IMG/VR virus record: IMGVR_UViG_3300032303_002590
DNA length: 64,000 bases
From: a virus
Taxonomy: Duplodnaviria > Caudoviricetes
Direction: 5' to 3' (one strand)
Numbering within the stretch: the stretch's first letter is position 1; each line of letters starts with the position of its first letter. The notes beneath the pieces are model-generated. The model worked only from the letters and a program-made list of their open reading frames with translations. It had not been told where the DNA came from and searched no databases. Both the position numbers and the translations under genes were made by a program. This document shows positions 16,944-27,200 of this stretch, in pieces.

Positions 16944-17318
16944 ATGGATTTTAACACAGTAACCCTTTTTGGTAAAAAAACATTTGCCGATTTATTAAAA
17001 GAGATACATACTAATTCTTCTAATAAAGAGAAAGAAATTAGAAATTTAATAGAAAACCTAAAACCATTTATTAATTCAGCAGGTGATGCGGTTATTATTG
17101 TTCCTTTAATTAAAGATTACTTAGATGTATCGGTTAAAAATGATGATTTATTAATTAAAATGGCAGGTATAGTTCAAAGAGCTATGAATGCTACTTCAAG
17201 TGATGATGGCATGTTAATTTCTGACGCTGAAAAAGAAATGCTTTTTGAATCAATTCAACAACTAAATTCTAAATCTGAAGAAGAGATTCCAGTTAGAAAA
17301 TTAAATATGAATGAGTAG
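16944..17318 (+). CDS. conserved helical late protein (small-terminase candidate, unproven)
   Basis: First late-promoter gene; size and helical pattern only. Confidence 0.4.
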   Translation: MDFNTVTLFGKKTFADLLKEIHTNSSNKEKEIRNLIENLKPFINSAGDAVIIVPLIKDYLDVSVKNDDLLIKMAGIVQRAMNATSSDDGMLISDAEKEMLFESIQQLNSKSEEEIPVRKLNMNE

Positions 17319-18162
17319 TTTATATCCTAGTTTACAGCAGAGCATATCTAATATTTCATCAGGTAAAGGAAAAGGTTCACCAACACCTTTTTTCTTTGCT
17401 CGTGTTAATGATATTGTTTTGTCTCCAAATACCTATACTACAGATTTTTTTACGGCAGCTGGTGGTTGGGCAGGATTAGGATCTGTTAAATTTACTCCAT
17501 TAAATTCTAAACCTGATAATGATAAACCTTCAAGTTTAATAGCTAAACCTTTATTTAATAATATTTTCAAATATCCTCTTTTAAATGAGGTAGTTTTAAT
17601 ATTAAGTGCTCCTTCATATGATTTGAATGAAAAACCTAATGCTAAAACTTTTTATTATTTAACAACAGTTGGGTTATGGAATAGTGTTCATCATAATGCT
17701 TTTCCCGATATAGCTACGTATAAAGGTGGCGAGTTAAATTTTGGTCATACATTCACCGAAAAAGAAGATATACGCAGTTTATTACCTGAAGAAGGAGATG
17801 TATTGTTAGAGGGGAGATGGGGTAATTCAATTAGATTTTCTTCCACTACTAAACAAAAACAACCAAATAATCCTTGGAGTTCAATAGGTGATATAGGAAT
17901 GCCTATTACTATTATAAGAAATAATCAATCAATGGTTGATATAAATCCTGATCCATGGGTTCCTGTTTATGAAGATCCAAATAATGATGGTTCTTCTATT
18001 TATATGTGCGCAGGGCAAGATATTCCTTTAGAGTATGCTTCTAAAAATTTACAAACATTTGGAGTAACAATAGGAGCTGCATTTAATAGTTCATTACAAA
18101 TACCAGATCCTGCATTTCCAAATTTAGATCAAACACCTAAACAAGCAGATAGTTTAAAATAA
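17311..18162 (+). CDS. baseplate hub/spike protein, N-terminal part (gp5-like)
   Basis: YPL.NEVV OB-fold-like region; EGDVLLEGRWGNSIRF; baseplate context. Confidence 0.65.
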   Translation: MSSLYPSLQQSISNISSGKGKGSPTPFFFARVNDIVLSPNTYTTDFFTAAGGWAGLGSVKFTPLNSKPDNDKPSSLIAKPLFNNIFKYPLLNEVVLILSAPSYDLNEKPNAKTFYYLTTVGLWNSVHHNAFPDIATYKGGELNFGHTFTEKEDIRSLLPEEGDVLLEGRWGNSIRFSSTTKQKQPNNPWSSIGDIGMPITIIRNNQSMVDINPDPWVPVYEDPNNDGSSIYMCAGQDIPLEYASKNLQTFGVTIGAAFNSSLQIPDPAFPNLDQTPKQADSLK

Positions 18163-18163
18163 T

Positions 18164-18598
18164 ATGATTACATCTTATAAACCCGAATTCCCTTATACAG
18201 GAGACCATTTAATTTTTAATTCTGGTAGAGTTACTATTAACTCTAAAGATGATTCTATAATGTTATTTGCTAAAGAATCAATTAGCTTTTCAGCTGCGGG
18301 TTCAATTCATTTTAATTGTGATAGTAATTTAATTATTAATGCAGATAAAATTTATTTAGGGTTAGAAACAGATATAGATAAACCAGAACCTGCTATTAGA
18401 GGGCAAAAATTATATGATTTATTAGATTCTTTAAATACGGCTTTAATGAATTTAGGAGAAGGATTATCATATGCTACAGATAGTAATGGTATAGGGATAC
18501 CTTCAGTTTCAGTATCTGGGGAAAGTTTAATGGTTGATACTTTACAATTACAAACTTTAGTAGAAAAAATTAGATCTGAAAAAACCTTTTTATTATAA
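18164..18598 (+). CDS. spike beta-helix, C-terminal part
   Basis: Beta repeats of about 8 residues ending KIYLG...EPAIRG. Confidence 0.6.
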   Translation: MITSYKPEFPYTGDHLIFNSGRVTINSKDDSIMLFAKESISFSAAGSIHFNCDSNLIINADKIYLGLETDIDKPEPAIRGQKLYDLLDSLNTALMNLGEGLSYATDSNGIGIPSVSVSGESLMVDTLQLQTLVEKIRSEKTFLL

Positions 18599-20046
18599 TG
18601 GCAGTACCAGCAGGATTATCAAGAATATTATGTGATGTAGCCCCTAAAAGAATTAGTAAGGTTACAAATCAAATTCTTAAAATTTTATTTAAAATTAATA
18701 ATGTATTAATGGAAATTAATTCTATTGATTTTTGTAATCCATTAGGATATATTTTAACTAAAGCTTTACCTCCTGGGGGATTTTTAGAAGCTAAACTTTT
18801 AAAATATGGAAAAGCAATAACTGATTTTATTAATAAAGCAGGTGATAAATTAAATCCTGCTAAATTAACAGGAGAAACAGATGAACAATATAAAGCCAGA
18901 ATAAAATCTTATCAAGCATCTCTTGAAGAAATTAGATTAGCTTTAGAAGATATAATACCTCCAGATGATTTAATAACAATTATTCCTGGTGGGGAAGGTT
19001 TAGCAAAAACTATTCAATCTATAAATTTAGCTTTAGTTGCAACTAGTGATACTATAGATCCTACTATTAATATTATTAATAAAATCACTATAGTAAAATC
19101 TTTTACTAGAAAATTAACTCCATTCTTATCTCCAATTAATATTGCTACTTTAGCTATAGGAGGACAAGAAGCAGAAATAAATAAAAAATTAGCAGGTATT
19201 ATTAAACCTGAAAGATTTAGAGAAAGTGTTGGATTTTTAGTTAGACAAGTAAAAGCTGTTGATCAAGCCATAGTTCAAATACAAGCTACAGTTAAATTAA
19301 TTAATACTATTGTACGAATTATTAATATTTTAGCTAAAGTATATAAATTTGTTGTTAAAGTTTTAACTCGTTTGAATACTCCATTAGCCATAGGTGGAGG
19401 AGGTAGTCCTGTTATTTCACAAACTAATGCTTCAACTAATACTCAAGCAGATAGAATTTCTAAAAGTAATCAAATAGTTGATGATCTAGAAAAGATAACA
19501 GGTATAGTTGCTAATTTCTTAAAGGGACCAGTTTTATTAAATATAAAACGTATAAGAAAACAAATATTACAATTACTAACAGGACTTAATATATTATATC
19601 AAAATCTCCATGCTTGTCAATATACTAACGGAGATAAAGGGTTATTAGATTCAGTACAAGGAAGTATTAATTCATTAACCAGTAATTTAGAAACTTTAGA
19701 TAATTTATTCCCTACAGCTAAAACTACAAACTTACCATTATTATATAGTGGTTATACTATTAATATAATAAAAGAAGAGGTAGTTGATACTGGTATTAAA
19801 TTAATAAGAAGAACTGTAATAGTAGCAGATCAAAGAGGAGTTATTGAATACGAAGGTACTCCAACTTATGCTACAGATGATCAAGTATTAATTAAAGAAG
19901 GTCAATACTATCTTGATAAGAAAAATCAAACTGGTACTAGTAATACAGGTAATGATTCACCAACAGATCAAGAAGTAATAGATATAACAATGCAAACTGG
20001 ATTAAATCCTGATGATACAATAGGAGGTCCAGTAACACCAAATTAA
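18598..20046 (+). CDS. long amphipathic helical protein, probably virion-associated
   Basis: Coupled within the baseplate operon; I/L/V-rich helices. Confidence 0.6.
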   Translation: MAVPAGLSRILCDVAPKRISKVTNQILKILFKINNVLMEINSIDFCNPLGYILTKALPPGGFLEAKLLKYGKAITDFINKAGDKLNPAKLTGETDEQYKARIKSYQASLEEIRLALEDIIPPDDLITIIPGGEGLAKTIQSINLALVATSDTIDPTINIINKITIVKSFTRKLTPFLSPINIATLAIGGQEAEINKKLAGIIKPERFRESVGFLVRQVKAVDQAIVQIQATVKLINTIVRIINILAKVYKFVVKVLTRLNTPLAIGGGGSPVISQTNASTNTQADRISKSNQIVDDLEKITGIVANFLKGPVLLNIKRIRKQILQLLTGLNILYQNLHACQYTNGDKGLLDSVQGSINSLTSNLETLDNLFPTAKTTNLPLLYSGYTINIIKEEVVDTGIKLIRRTVIVADQRGVIEYEGTPTYATDDQVLIKEGQYYLDKKNQTGTSNTGNDSPTDQEVIDITMQTGLNPDDTIGGPVTPN

Positions 20047-20076
20047 AATAAGTTTTAATATTAAATATTTATACTC

Positions 20077-20565
20077 ATGAAATTAGACGCATTCAGAAAA
20101 GTAATTAGAGAAGAAGTTAAAAAGGCTATTCAAGAAGAAATGAGAGATATTCTACTTGAAGCAGTTAAAGCTGCTAGTAAACCTAACTTAACTGAAAACA
20201 AATCTACTCAACCTTATTCTAAAGTAGAATCTACTTACAAACCCTCATTTTCAGAAATAATTTCTGAAGAAAGAAAACCAATACCTTCAACAGGTAATCC
20301 AATGTTAGATATTTTAAATGAAACTGCTCAAGCAGGAGAATGGAGAACCTTAAATGGAGGAGAATTTAATGCTTCACAAGCAGTAGGTTGGGCTGGAGGA
20401 GCTCCAAATATGATGGGTGGAGGAAATAATGTTCCTGTAGTAGCTACAGTAGATGAAATGATTAAATCACAAGGTCCTGTTAGAGATATAAATGATGTAC
20501 GTATTGATGTTGTACCTGATTTTTCAAAAATAATGGGTGCTTTAAAAGAGAAAGGTAGTATTTAA
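20077..20565 (+). CDS. late protein with (I/L)xE leader
   Basis: MKLDAFRKVIREE...ILLE...LTE; own late promoter. Confidence 0.7.
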   Translation: MKLDAFRKVIREEVKKAIQEEMRDILLEAVKAASKPNLTENKSTQPYSKVESTYKPSFSEIISEERKPIPSTGNPMLDILNETAQAGEWRTLNGGEFNASQAVGWAGGAPNMMGGGNNVPVVATVDEMIKSQGPVRDINDVRIDVVPDFSKIMGALKEKGSI

Positions 20566-20978
20566 TGGCCTATAGTATAGTACATATTAATCCTTTAGAC
20601 TTACAACCTAGTAAGGGTGTAGGTATTCAATTACCATTTGATGGTCCAACTGGATTAAATATTACTTATACTACTGCTGAATCTATAAAATCAAATATTT
20701 TAAATTTTTTCTTAACAGGGAAAAGAGAAAGAATAATGAATCCTACTTTTGGGGCAGGTATTAGAGAACAATTATTTGAACAAATTACTCAAGGCACAAC
20801 TCAAAATATAGAAGATATTATAAAATTTGGATTAAGTGATTATTTCCCACAGGTTAAATTAAATCAACTTACAGTTAGTGCTTCACCAGATAAGAATTTA
20901 ATTCAAGTATATTTTAGTTATTCTATATCAAATACAAACATACAAGACCAAATTGCAATAAATTTTAATAATGGCTAA
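20565..20978 (+). CDS. baseplate wedge protein, gp25-like
   Basis: IKSNILNFFLTGKRERIMNPTFGAGI. Confidence 0.9.
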   Translation: MAYSIVHINPLDLQPSKGVGIQLPFDGPTGLNITYTTAESIKSNILNFFLTGKRERIMNPTFGAGIREQLFEQITQGTTQNIEDIIKFGLSDYFPQVKLNQLTVSASPDKNLIQVYFSYSISNTNIQDQIAINFNNG

Positions 20979-22845
20979 TACTAAAGCGGTACAATATTTA
21001 AATAAGGATTTTGATAGTTTAAAAGCACAGTTAATTAATTTTGCTAAAACTTATTATCCTAATACCTATAATGATTTTACAGATGCCTCACCAGGTATGA
21101 TGCTTATTGAAATGGCTTCATATGTTGGTGATATTCTTTCATTTTATACTGATAATCAAATTCAAGAGAATTTCTTACAATTTGCTAAACAAAGAAAAAA
21201 TTTATTAGCTATAGCTTATAATTTTGGATATCGTCCTAAAGTTACTAGTGCTGCATCTGTTGAAGTTACTGTTTTCCAATCTGTACCTTCAACTTTAAGT
21301 AATAATCAATATGTACCTGATTTTAGCTATTCTTTAGTACTAGAAGAAGGAACCCAATTACAATCTACAATAGGAAATGTAGCATTCTATATTGATAATA
21401 AAATAGATTTCTCAAATTCAGGATCATCTCCCACAAATATTTCGGTTTTAAATTATGATATCCAAGGTAATCCATTATTTTATTTATTACAAAAAACTGC
21501 GAAAGCTACGGCGGGAGCTTTAACTACAACTACCTTTACATTTGGTAATCCTGAGCGTTTTCCTACCGTTACTCTTACTGATACTAACATAATTTCATTA
21601 ATTGGTGCAGTTGATTCTGATAATAATAAATGGTATGAAGTACCTTATTTAGCACAAGATACTATTTTTGAAGAAGTTGAAAATACTGCTACAAATGATC
21701 CTAATTTATCTCAATTTAGTGATACTACCCCTTATTTACTTAAACTAAAAAAAGTACCTAGAAGATTTGTTTCTCGTTTTAAAACAAATAATTCACTAGA
21801 ATTGCAATTTGGTCCTGGAGTATCTTCAGGAGCAGATGAAGAAATTATTCCAAATCCTGATAATATAGGTTTAGGTTTACCTTATGGAGTTAATAAAATG
21901 ATGACTGCTTGGGATCCTTCCAACTTTTTATATACACAAACTTATGGTATCTCCCCTTCAAATACTACTTTAACAGTAACTTATTTAAAAGGAGGAGGAG
22001 CTACTTCAAATATACCTTCTAATACTTTAACTAAAAGAATAGGTGGTAATACTACATTTGCTGGAACTGGTTTAGATCCTACTATGCAAACCACAGTACT
22101 TAATTCTTTAGCTTTTACTAATGATAGTGCAGCAGTAGGAGGAGGAGATGGAGATACAAATGAAGAGATAAGACAAAATTCTTTAGCTATGTATCCTACA
22201 CAGTTAAGAACTATTACAGCTGATGATTATATCATTAGAACTTTATCTTTACCTTCTAAATTTGGATTAATCTCTAAAGCATATCCAACACAAGATATGG
22301 GAATAAGTGTTAATTACCCAACAGATTTATTAGCTACACAAAACCCCAATGCTATTTCATTATATATTTTATCTAAAAATACTTCAAATAATTTAACAGT
22401 TTCTAGTTTAGCTTTAAAACAAAACCTAAAAACATTCCTTTCAGAATATAGAATGTTAACTGATGGTGTAACTATAAAAGATGCTTTTATTATTAATATA
22501 GGAGTAAATTTTGATATAATAGTTAGACCTAATTATAATGGGAAATTAGTATTAAATAATTGTTTAAATGTACTACAATCCTATTTTAATATAGATAAAT
22601 GGCAAATTAACCAACCAATAATTTTATCTGATATTTATAGTAATTTAGACCAAGTTGACGGAGTACAAACAGTACAAAATATTGAAATAATAAATAAAGC
22701 AGGAACCAATTCAGGTTATTCACAATACTCATATGATATTAAAGGAGCTACAATTAATAAAATTATTTATCCTTCTTTAGATCCTAGTATTTTTGAAGTT
22801 AAAAATTTAACATCTGACATTCAAGGTAGAGTAGTTACTTTTTAA
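20971..22845 (+). CDS. baseplate wedge protein, gp6-like
   Basis: DFDSLKAQLI...YVGDILSFY.D...GG.D..E.IR...QLRTITADDY. Confidence 0.9.
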   Translation: MANTKAVQYLNKDFDSLKAQLINFAKTYYPNTYNDFTDASPGMMLIEMASYVGDILSFYTDNQIQENFLQFAKQRKNLLAIAYNFGYRPKVTSAASVEVTVFQSVPSTLSNNQYVPDFSYSLVLEEGTQLQSTIGNVAFYIDNKIDFSNSGSSPTNISVLNYDIQGNPLFYLLQKTAKATAGALTTTTFTFGNPERFPTVTLTDTNIISLIGAVDSDNNKWYEVPYLAQDTIFEEVENTATNDPNLSQFSDTTPYLLKLKKVPRRFVSRFKTNNSLELQFGPGVSSGADEEIIPNPDNIGLGLPYGVNKMMTAWDPSNFLYTQTYGISPSNTTLTVTYLKGGGATSNIPSNTLTKRIGGNTTFAGTGLDPTMQTTVLNSLAFTNDSAAVGGGDGDTNEEIRQNSLAMYPTQLRTITADDYIIRTLSLPSKFGLISKAYPTQDMGISVNYPTDLLATQNPNAISLYILSKNTSNNLTVSSLALKQNLKTFLSEYRMLTDGVTIKDAFIINIGVNFDIIVRPNYNGKLVLNNCLNVLQSYFNIDKWQINQPIILSDIYSNLDQVDGVQTVQNIEIINKAGTNSGYSQYSYDIKGATINKIIYPSLDPSIFEVKNLTSDIQGRVVTF

Positions 22846-22886
22846 AAAAATTTATCTAATGTATATTTATATTATATATTAGATTT

Positions 22887-23906
22887 ATGGCTGTATACAA
22901 AATATTCTCCGAGAAAGATACTTTTATTTCTTCATATCGTTCATCTCAAAACTTCGGTAGAGATGAAATATTAGAAATTTTTAGATATGCTTCTGATTCT
23001 TCTACTAACTTAGATACTACAAGAGCATTAGTTCAATTTCCAAATACATCTATTCAAGATGTAATCACTAATACTATTAGTGGAAGTACTTATAGTGCTT
23101 CTCTTAGATTATATTTAGCAAGTGCTACTTTACCTGCTAATTATACTATTTTTGGTCATAGAATAACTAAAGCATGGGATATGGGATTAGGTAAATCTGC
23201 TGATATTCCTACAACTACTGTTGGGTGTACTTGGAATTCTCCTTGGACTACAGCTGGTGGTGATTATAATGCTACAGCATATACTCAAAGTTTCCTTTAT
23301 ATTGATAATAAAGATATTAATATGGATGTTACTTCTCTAGTTAATTACTGGTATAGTAACCCAACTTCTAATTATGGAGTTTTATTAAAGCAAAGTAGCA
23401 GTATAGAAAGTAATACTACTTCTTCATTTGGTACTAAGTTTTTTTCTATGGATACTCATACTATCTACCCTCCTCAAATTGAATTAAAATGGGATGATAG
23501 TTATTATACTTCATCACTAACACCACAAACATCATCCGATTTTGTAGCAGTTATTTCTAATTTAAAAAGTGAATTTTCTGAAGGAACTACTTATACTTTT
23601 ACATTAAGAACAAGAGATAAATTCCCTGCTAGGGCGTTTACTACTACTTCTGTATATTTAGTTCCAAAAAGACTACCTATTACTACTTACTGGGCATTAA
23701 AAGATGCTAAAACTGAAGAAATGGTAATTGATTTTGATACTAATTACACTAAAGTAAGTTGTGATAATTCAGGTAATTATTTTAAAATTTATATGAATGG
23801 TTTAGAACCTGAAAGATATTACCAAATTGTAATAAAAACTATACTTGCGAATGGTGAAACTATGGTTATAGAAGATCCACTAAATTACTTTAAATTAGTT
23901 AGATAA
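22887..23906 (+). CDS. virion protein with DNRLRE/CBM96-like domain
   Basis: KDTFI...NFG...RALVQF...W...GGD...DVT.LV..W...NYGVLLK...F.S. Confidence 0.7.
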   Translation: MAVYKIFSEKDTFISSYRSSQNFGRDEILEIFRYASDSSTNLDTTRALVQFPNTSIQDVITNTISGSTYSASLRLYLASATLPANYTIFGHRITKAWDMGLGKSADIPTTTVGCTWNSPWTTAGGDYNATAYTQSFLYIDNKDINMDVTSLVNYWYSNPTSNYGVLLKQSSSIESNTTSSFGTKFFSMDTHTIYPPQIELKWDDSYYTSSLTPQTSSDFVAVISNLKSEFSEGTTYTFTLRTRDKFPARAFTTTSVYLVPKRLPITTYWALKDAKTEEMVIDFDTNYTKVSCDNSGNYFKIYMNGLEPERYYQIVIKTILANGETMVIEDPLNYFKLVR

Positions 23907-24247
23907 TGGCTGAAGTTATTCGATTAAATAGAAACGTTTATGGTAAAATTACCTACCCTAACGTAATTAATACTGAATTTTCCCAATTAACTAAACCTGC
24001 TACTCAAGTAACTGCTTCAGTATTTACCGTAGATCAATTTTTCAATGAATATAATAATTTATTTTACGAAATACCTACTGAAGGAAATTTTAATTCACAT
24101 TTAGAATTAATACAAAGAAGTACAGAGTATGTAGGTGTAAACCAAAACACAGGAGAGATAGATGCCTTATTAGACGAGATAAACCAATTAAGACTAGAAA
24201 ATCTAACATTACAACAAACCGTAGATGATTTAACAAAATCTAAATAA
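23906..24247 (+). CDS. baseplate-region hypothetical protein
   Basis: TAATG-coupled; C-terminal coiled coil. Confidence 0.75.
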   Translation: MAEVIRLNRNVYGKITYPNVINTEFSQLTKPATQVTASVFTVDQFFNEYNNLFYEIPTEGNFNSHLELIQRSTEYVGVNQNTGEIDALLDEINQLRLENLTLQQTVDDLTKSK

Positions 24248-27200
24248 TGGAAATTACCAACATATCAAATATTGATTCAAATCAATTTTTAAATCAAAAT
24301 TATACTTCAAAAGATGAAGCTTTATTAAATTCATTAAATGTAAGTAAAGAATTTGGTTTACCTGAAGATAATGTAGAATTACATGTTATATCAAATAATG
24401 GAGATTTATTAGATATTGTATATGATTTTAAAAATTATACTACATATAAAACTACTGAAGGGACTTCTTTATATAATCAAATAGTTGTTGACCCTAAATC
24501 CGATTTAGAATCATTTGGTTTAAATCAAGGAACATATGATGTAGTTTATAACTTCTATAGAACTATGTTTTCTAGTTCTGAAGCAAATCAATTCTATATT
24601 ACAGAAATATCTTCAAATAGAACTGAAATAAAAGTTTCTACTAATAATACTTCATATACTGCTTTAGGTCAATCTTATTTAACATTTGTTGCTGAAAGAA
24701 ATTCAAGAGCCTTTTATTCTGATTTTATCTTAAATTTTGGTGATAACAAAACTTATATAGGGGTAAATGTTGCTTTTGATAATGTTAATCAAACATTACC
24801 TAGTTTATATATTAAATTATATGAACCCTTACCTGCAAATATTACAACTAAAGATACATTTTGGTTAGTAGAAAATATTTCTGACCCTTATGCTTTTCAA
24901 GTTACTACTAATTTTATAGCAGAAACTACAATAGATAGTTCTCCTTTAAGAGGGCCTAACATTAATATTGAATTAGCAGAAAAGGCTAATTTAACTACTC
25001 CATATTTAAACTTATCTTCTTTATTAAGTTCTAATATTTCTTCTTCTTACCAACAATTACAATCTTGGTTAGAGGAAAAAAGTATTGAAATTTCAGTTGA
25101 TTATAGTAATTTTTCTAATTTTGTTCATTTTTCTTCTGCAAACGAACGTTTACAAAATTTTAAATATAAATTACATCAAATCCAATTATTACAAGCAGAT
25201 ATTAATGCTATTAATAGTTTAAATATATCTTCAAGTGTAACTTACATTTCATCAAGTGTACTTACTTTACAAAACCAATTAAATACTCTTATCCAAAAAT
25301 TAGATGGATATGAATACTATTTGTACTATGAATCAGGAAGTAATGCTTGGCCTAAATCAAATACTACTAAACCCTACACTAACACTAGTACAACTGATGC
25401 AGTTGCTATTACTTGGTTTAACAATCAATTAATAAATGCCACTAATTATGATACTTCTAATAGAGATTATGTTTGGAATAATTTACCAGAATATATCACG
25501 GTAGATCAGCAAAATTCAAATTTAGAATTATTTGTTTCCATGCTTGGTCAACACTATGATTATATTTGGACTTACATTAAGGATATCACTGATTTACAGG
25601 TAGCAGATAATAGAATCGATCATGGTATTTCAAAAGACTTAGTAGCAGATACCTTAAGAAATTTTGGTATTAAACTTTATACTAATTCAAGAGGACAAGA
25701 TGATCTTTATATTTCATTGTTAGGAATAAACCCTAATAATAGTACTTTACCTTCTACAGGTTCATTAGTAATTAATAATTATGTAAGTGCTTCTCAATAT
25801 ACTATTCCAGGTAATGATATTACAAAAGAAACATATAAAAGAATTTATCATAATTTACCTTACTTACTTAAAACTAAAGGTACAAGAAGAGGATTACGTG
25901 CTTTAATCAATTGCTTTGGAATTTCAGATACTATATTAAAAATAAAAGAATATGGTGGTAATAAGAAAGATCAAGATATAATTGAACAAATTACTCCTAA
26001 GTTTAATTATGCTTTAAATTTAAATAATACTGGTATATTATTATCACAAATGTTTGCTTCTTATAAACAATATTTAGATACTGGACATGATGATATAGTA
26101 CCTGATACAATAGAATTTAGATTTAAATTAGATTCTACTAATTACTTTCCTACCCAATCCCTCTTAGAAAGTGATAATAGTTGGAAACATATAAGAGTAC
26201 TAAAAACCACAGGTTCAAATGCTAATATATCTTTTGGTTTAAGTAATGGCTCAGGTCTTACTTATTCAACTCCTATAGAATTACCCTTATATAATGACGA
26301 TTGGTGGACTTTAAATTTAACTAGAGAAACTGGAAGTTTAGGACTTTCACAAACTGGTTCTAATCAAACCTACACTTTAACTATTGGTAATAAAGATTTT
26401 AATGGTATTCAATACTTAGCTTCTTGTTCAATTTATAATACGGGTTCTGGTAGAGCAAATTATAATAATTATGGATGGTCACAATTTGATACATTATATC
26501 TTGGAGGAGCCAGTTACATAGCTCCATTTACGGGTTCATTTCAAGAATTTAGATATTGGATAGGATCTATTCCTATTAATGATTTTAAAGATCATATTTT
26601 AAATCCTCGCTCTATTGTATTTAATGGGGTGACAGGTTCTTATAATAATCTAATTTTTAGATTACCCTTAGGAAGCGAATTAGATAATTACATAGTTGAT
26701 ACTTTATACTCAGTCCATCCATCCCCAACATCTTCATTTTGGGATGGTTCAGTTTCAAGTTCATTAGCTAGTTTATACTATACTGAATCTATTACTTACA
26801 ACGTTAATCATGAAACCTATTTAATTAATACTCCTAATATAGGAAACTTTACAGAAATAGATGAAAAAGTAAGAATTGCTACTCCTAATTTAGTACCTGG
26901 AGATGTTTTAACACCTTATATTTCAATACAAAAACCTGAAGAATATCCTTATTCTACAGATTTAAATGTAGTTGAAGTAGCTATTTCACCTCAAGATTCA
27001 ATTAATGCTGATATAATAGAGCAATTAGGTTCATTTAGTATAGATGAATATATTGGAGATCCAAGATTAGCATCTTCGGGTTCATATCCTGCTTTAACAG
27101 ATTTAAGAAATTTTTACTTTAAAAAGTATTCTAATAAAGAAAATGTTTTTGATTTAATAAAACTTTTATCTTATTTTGATAACTCGTTATTTAAAATGAT

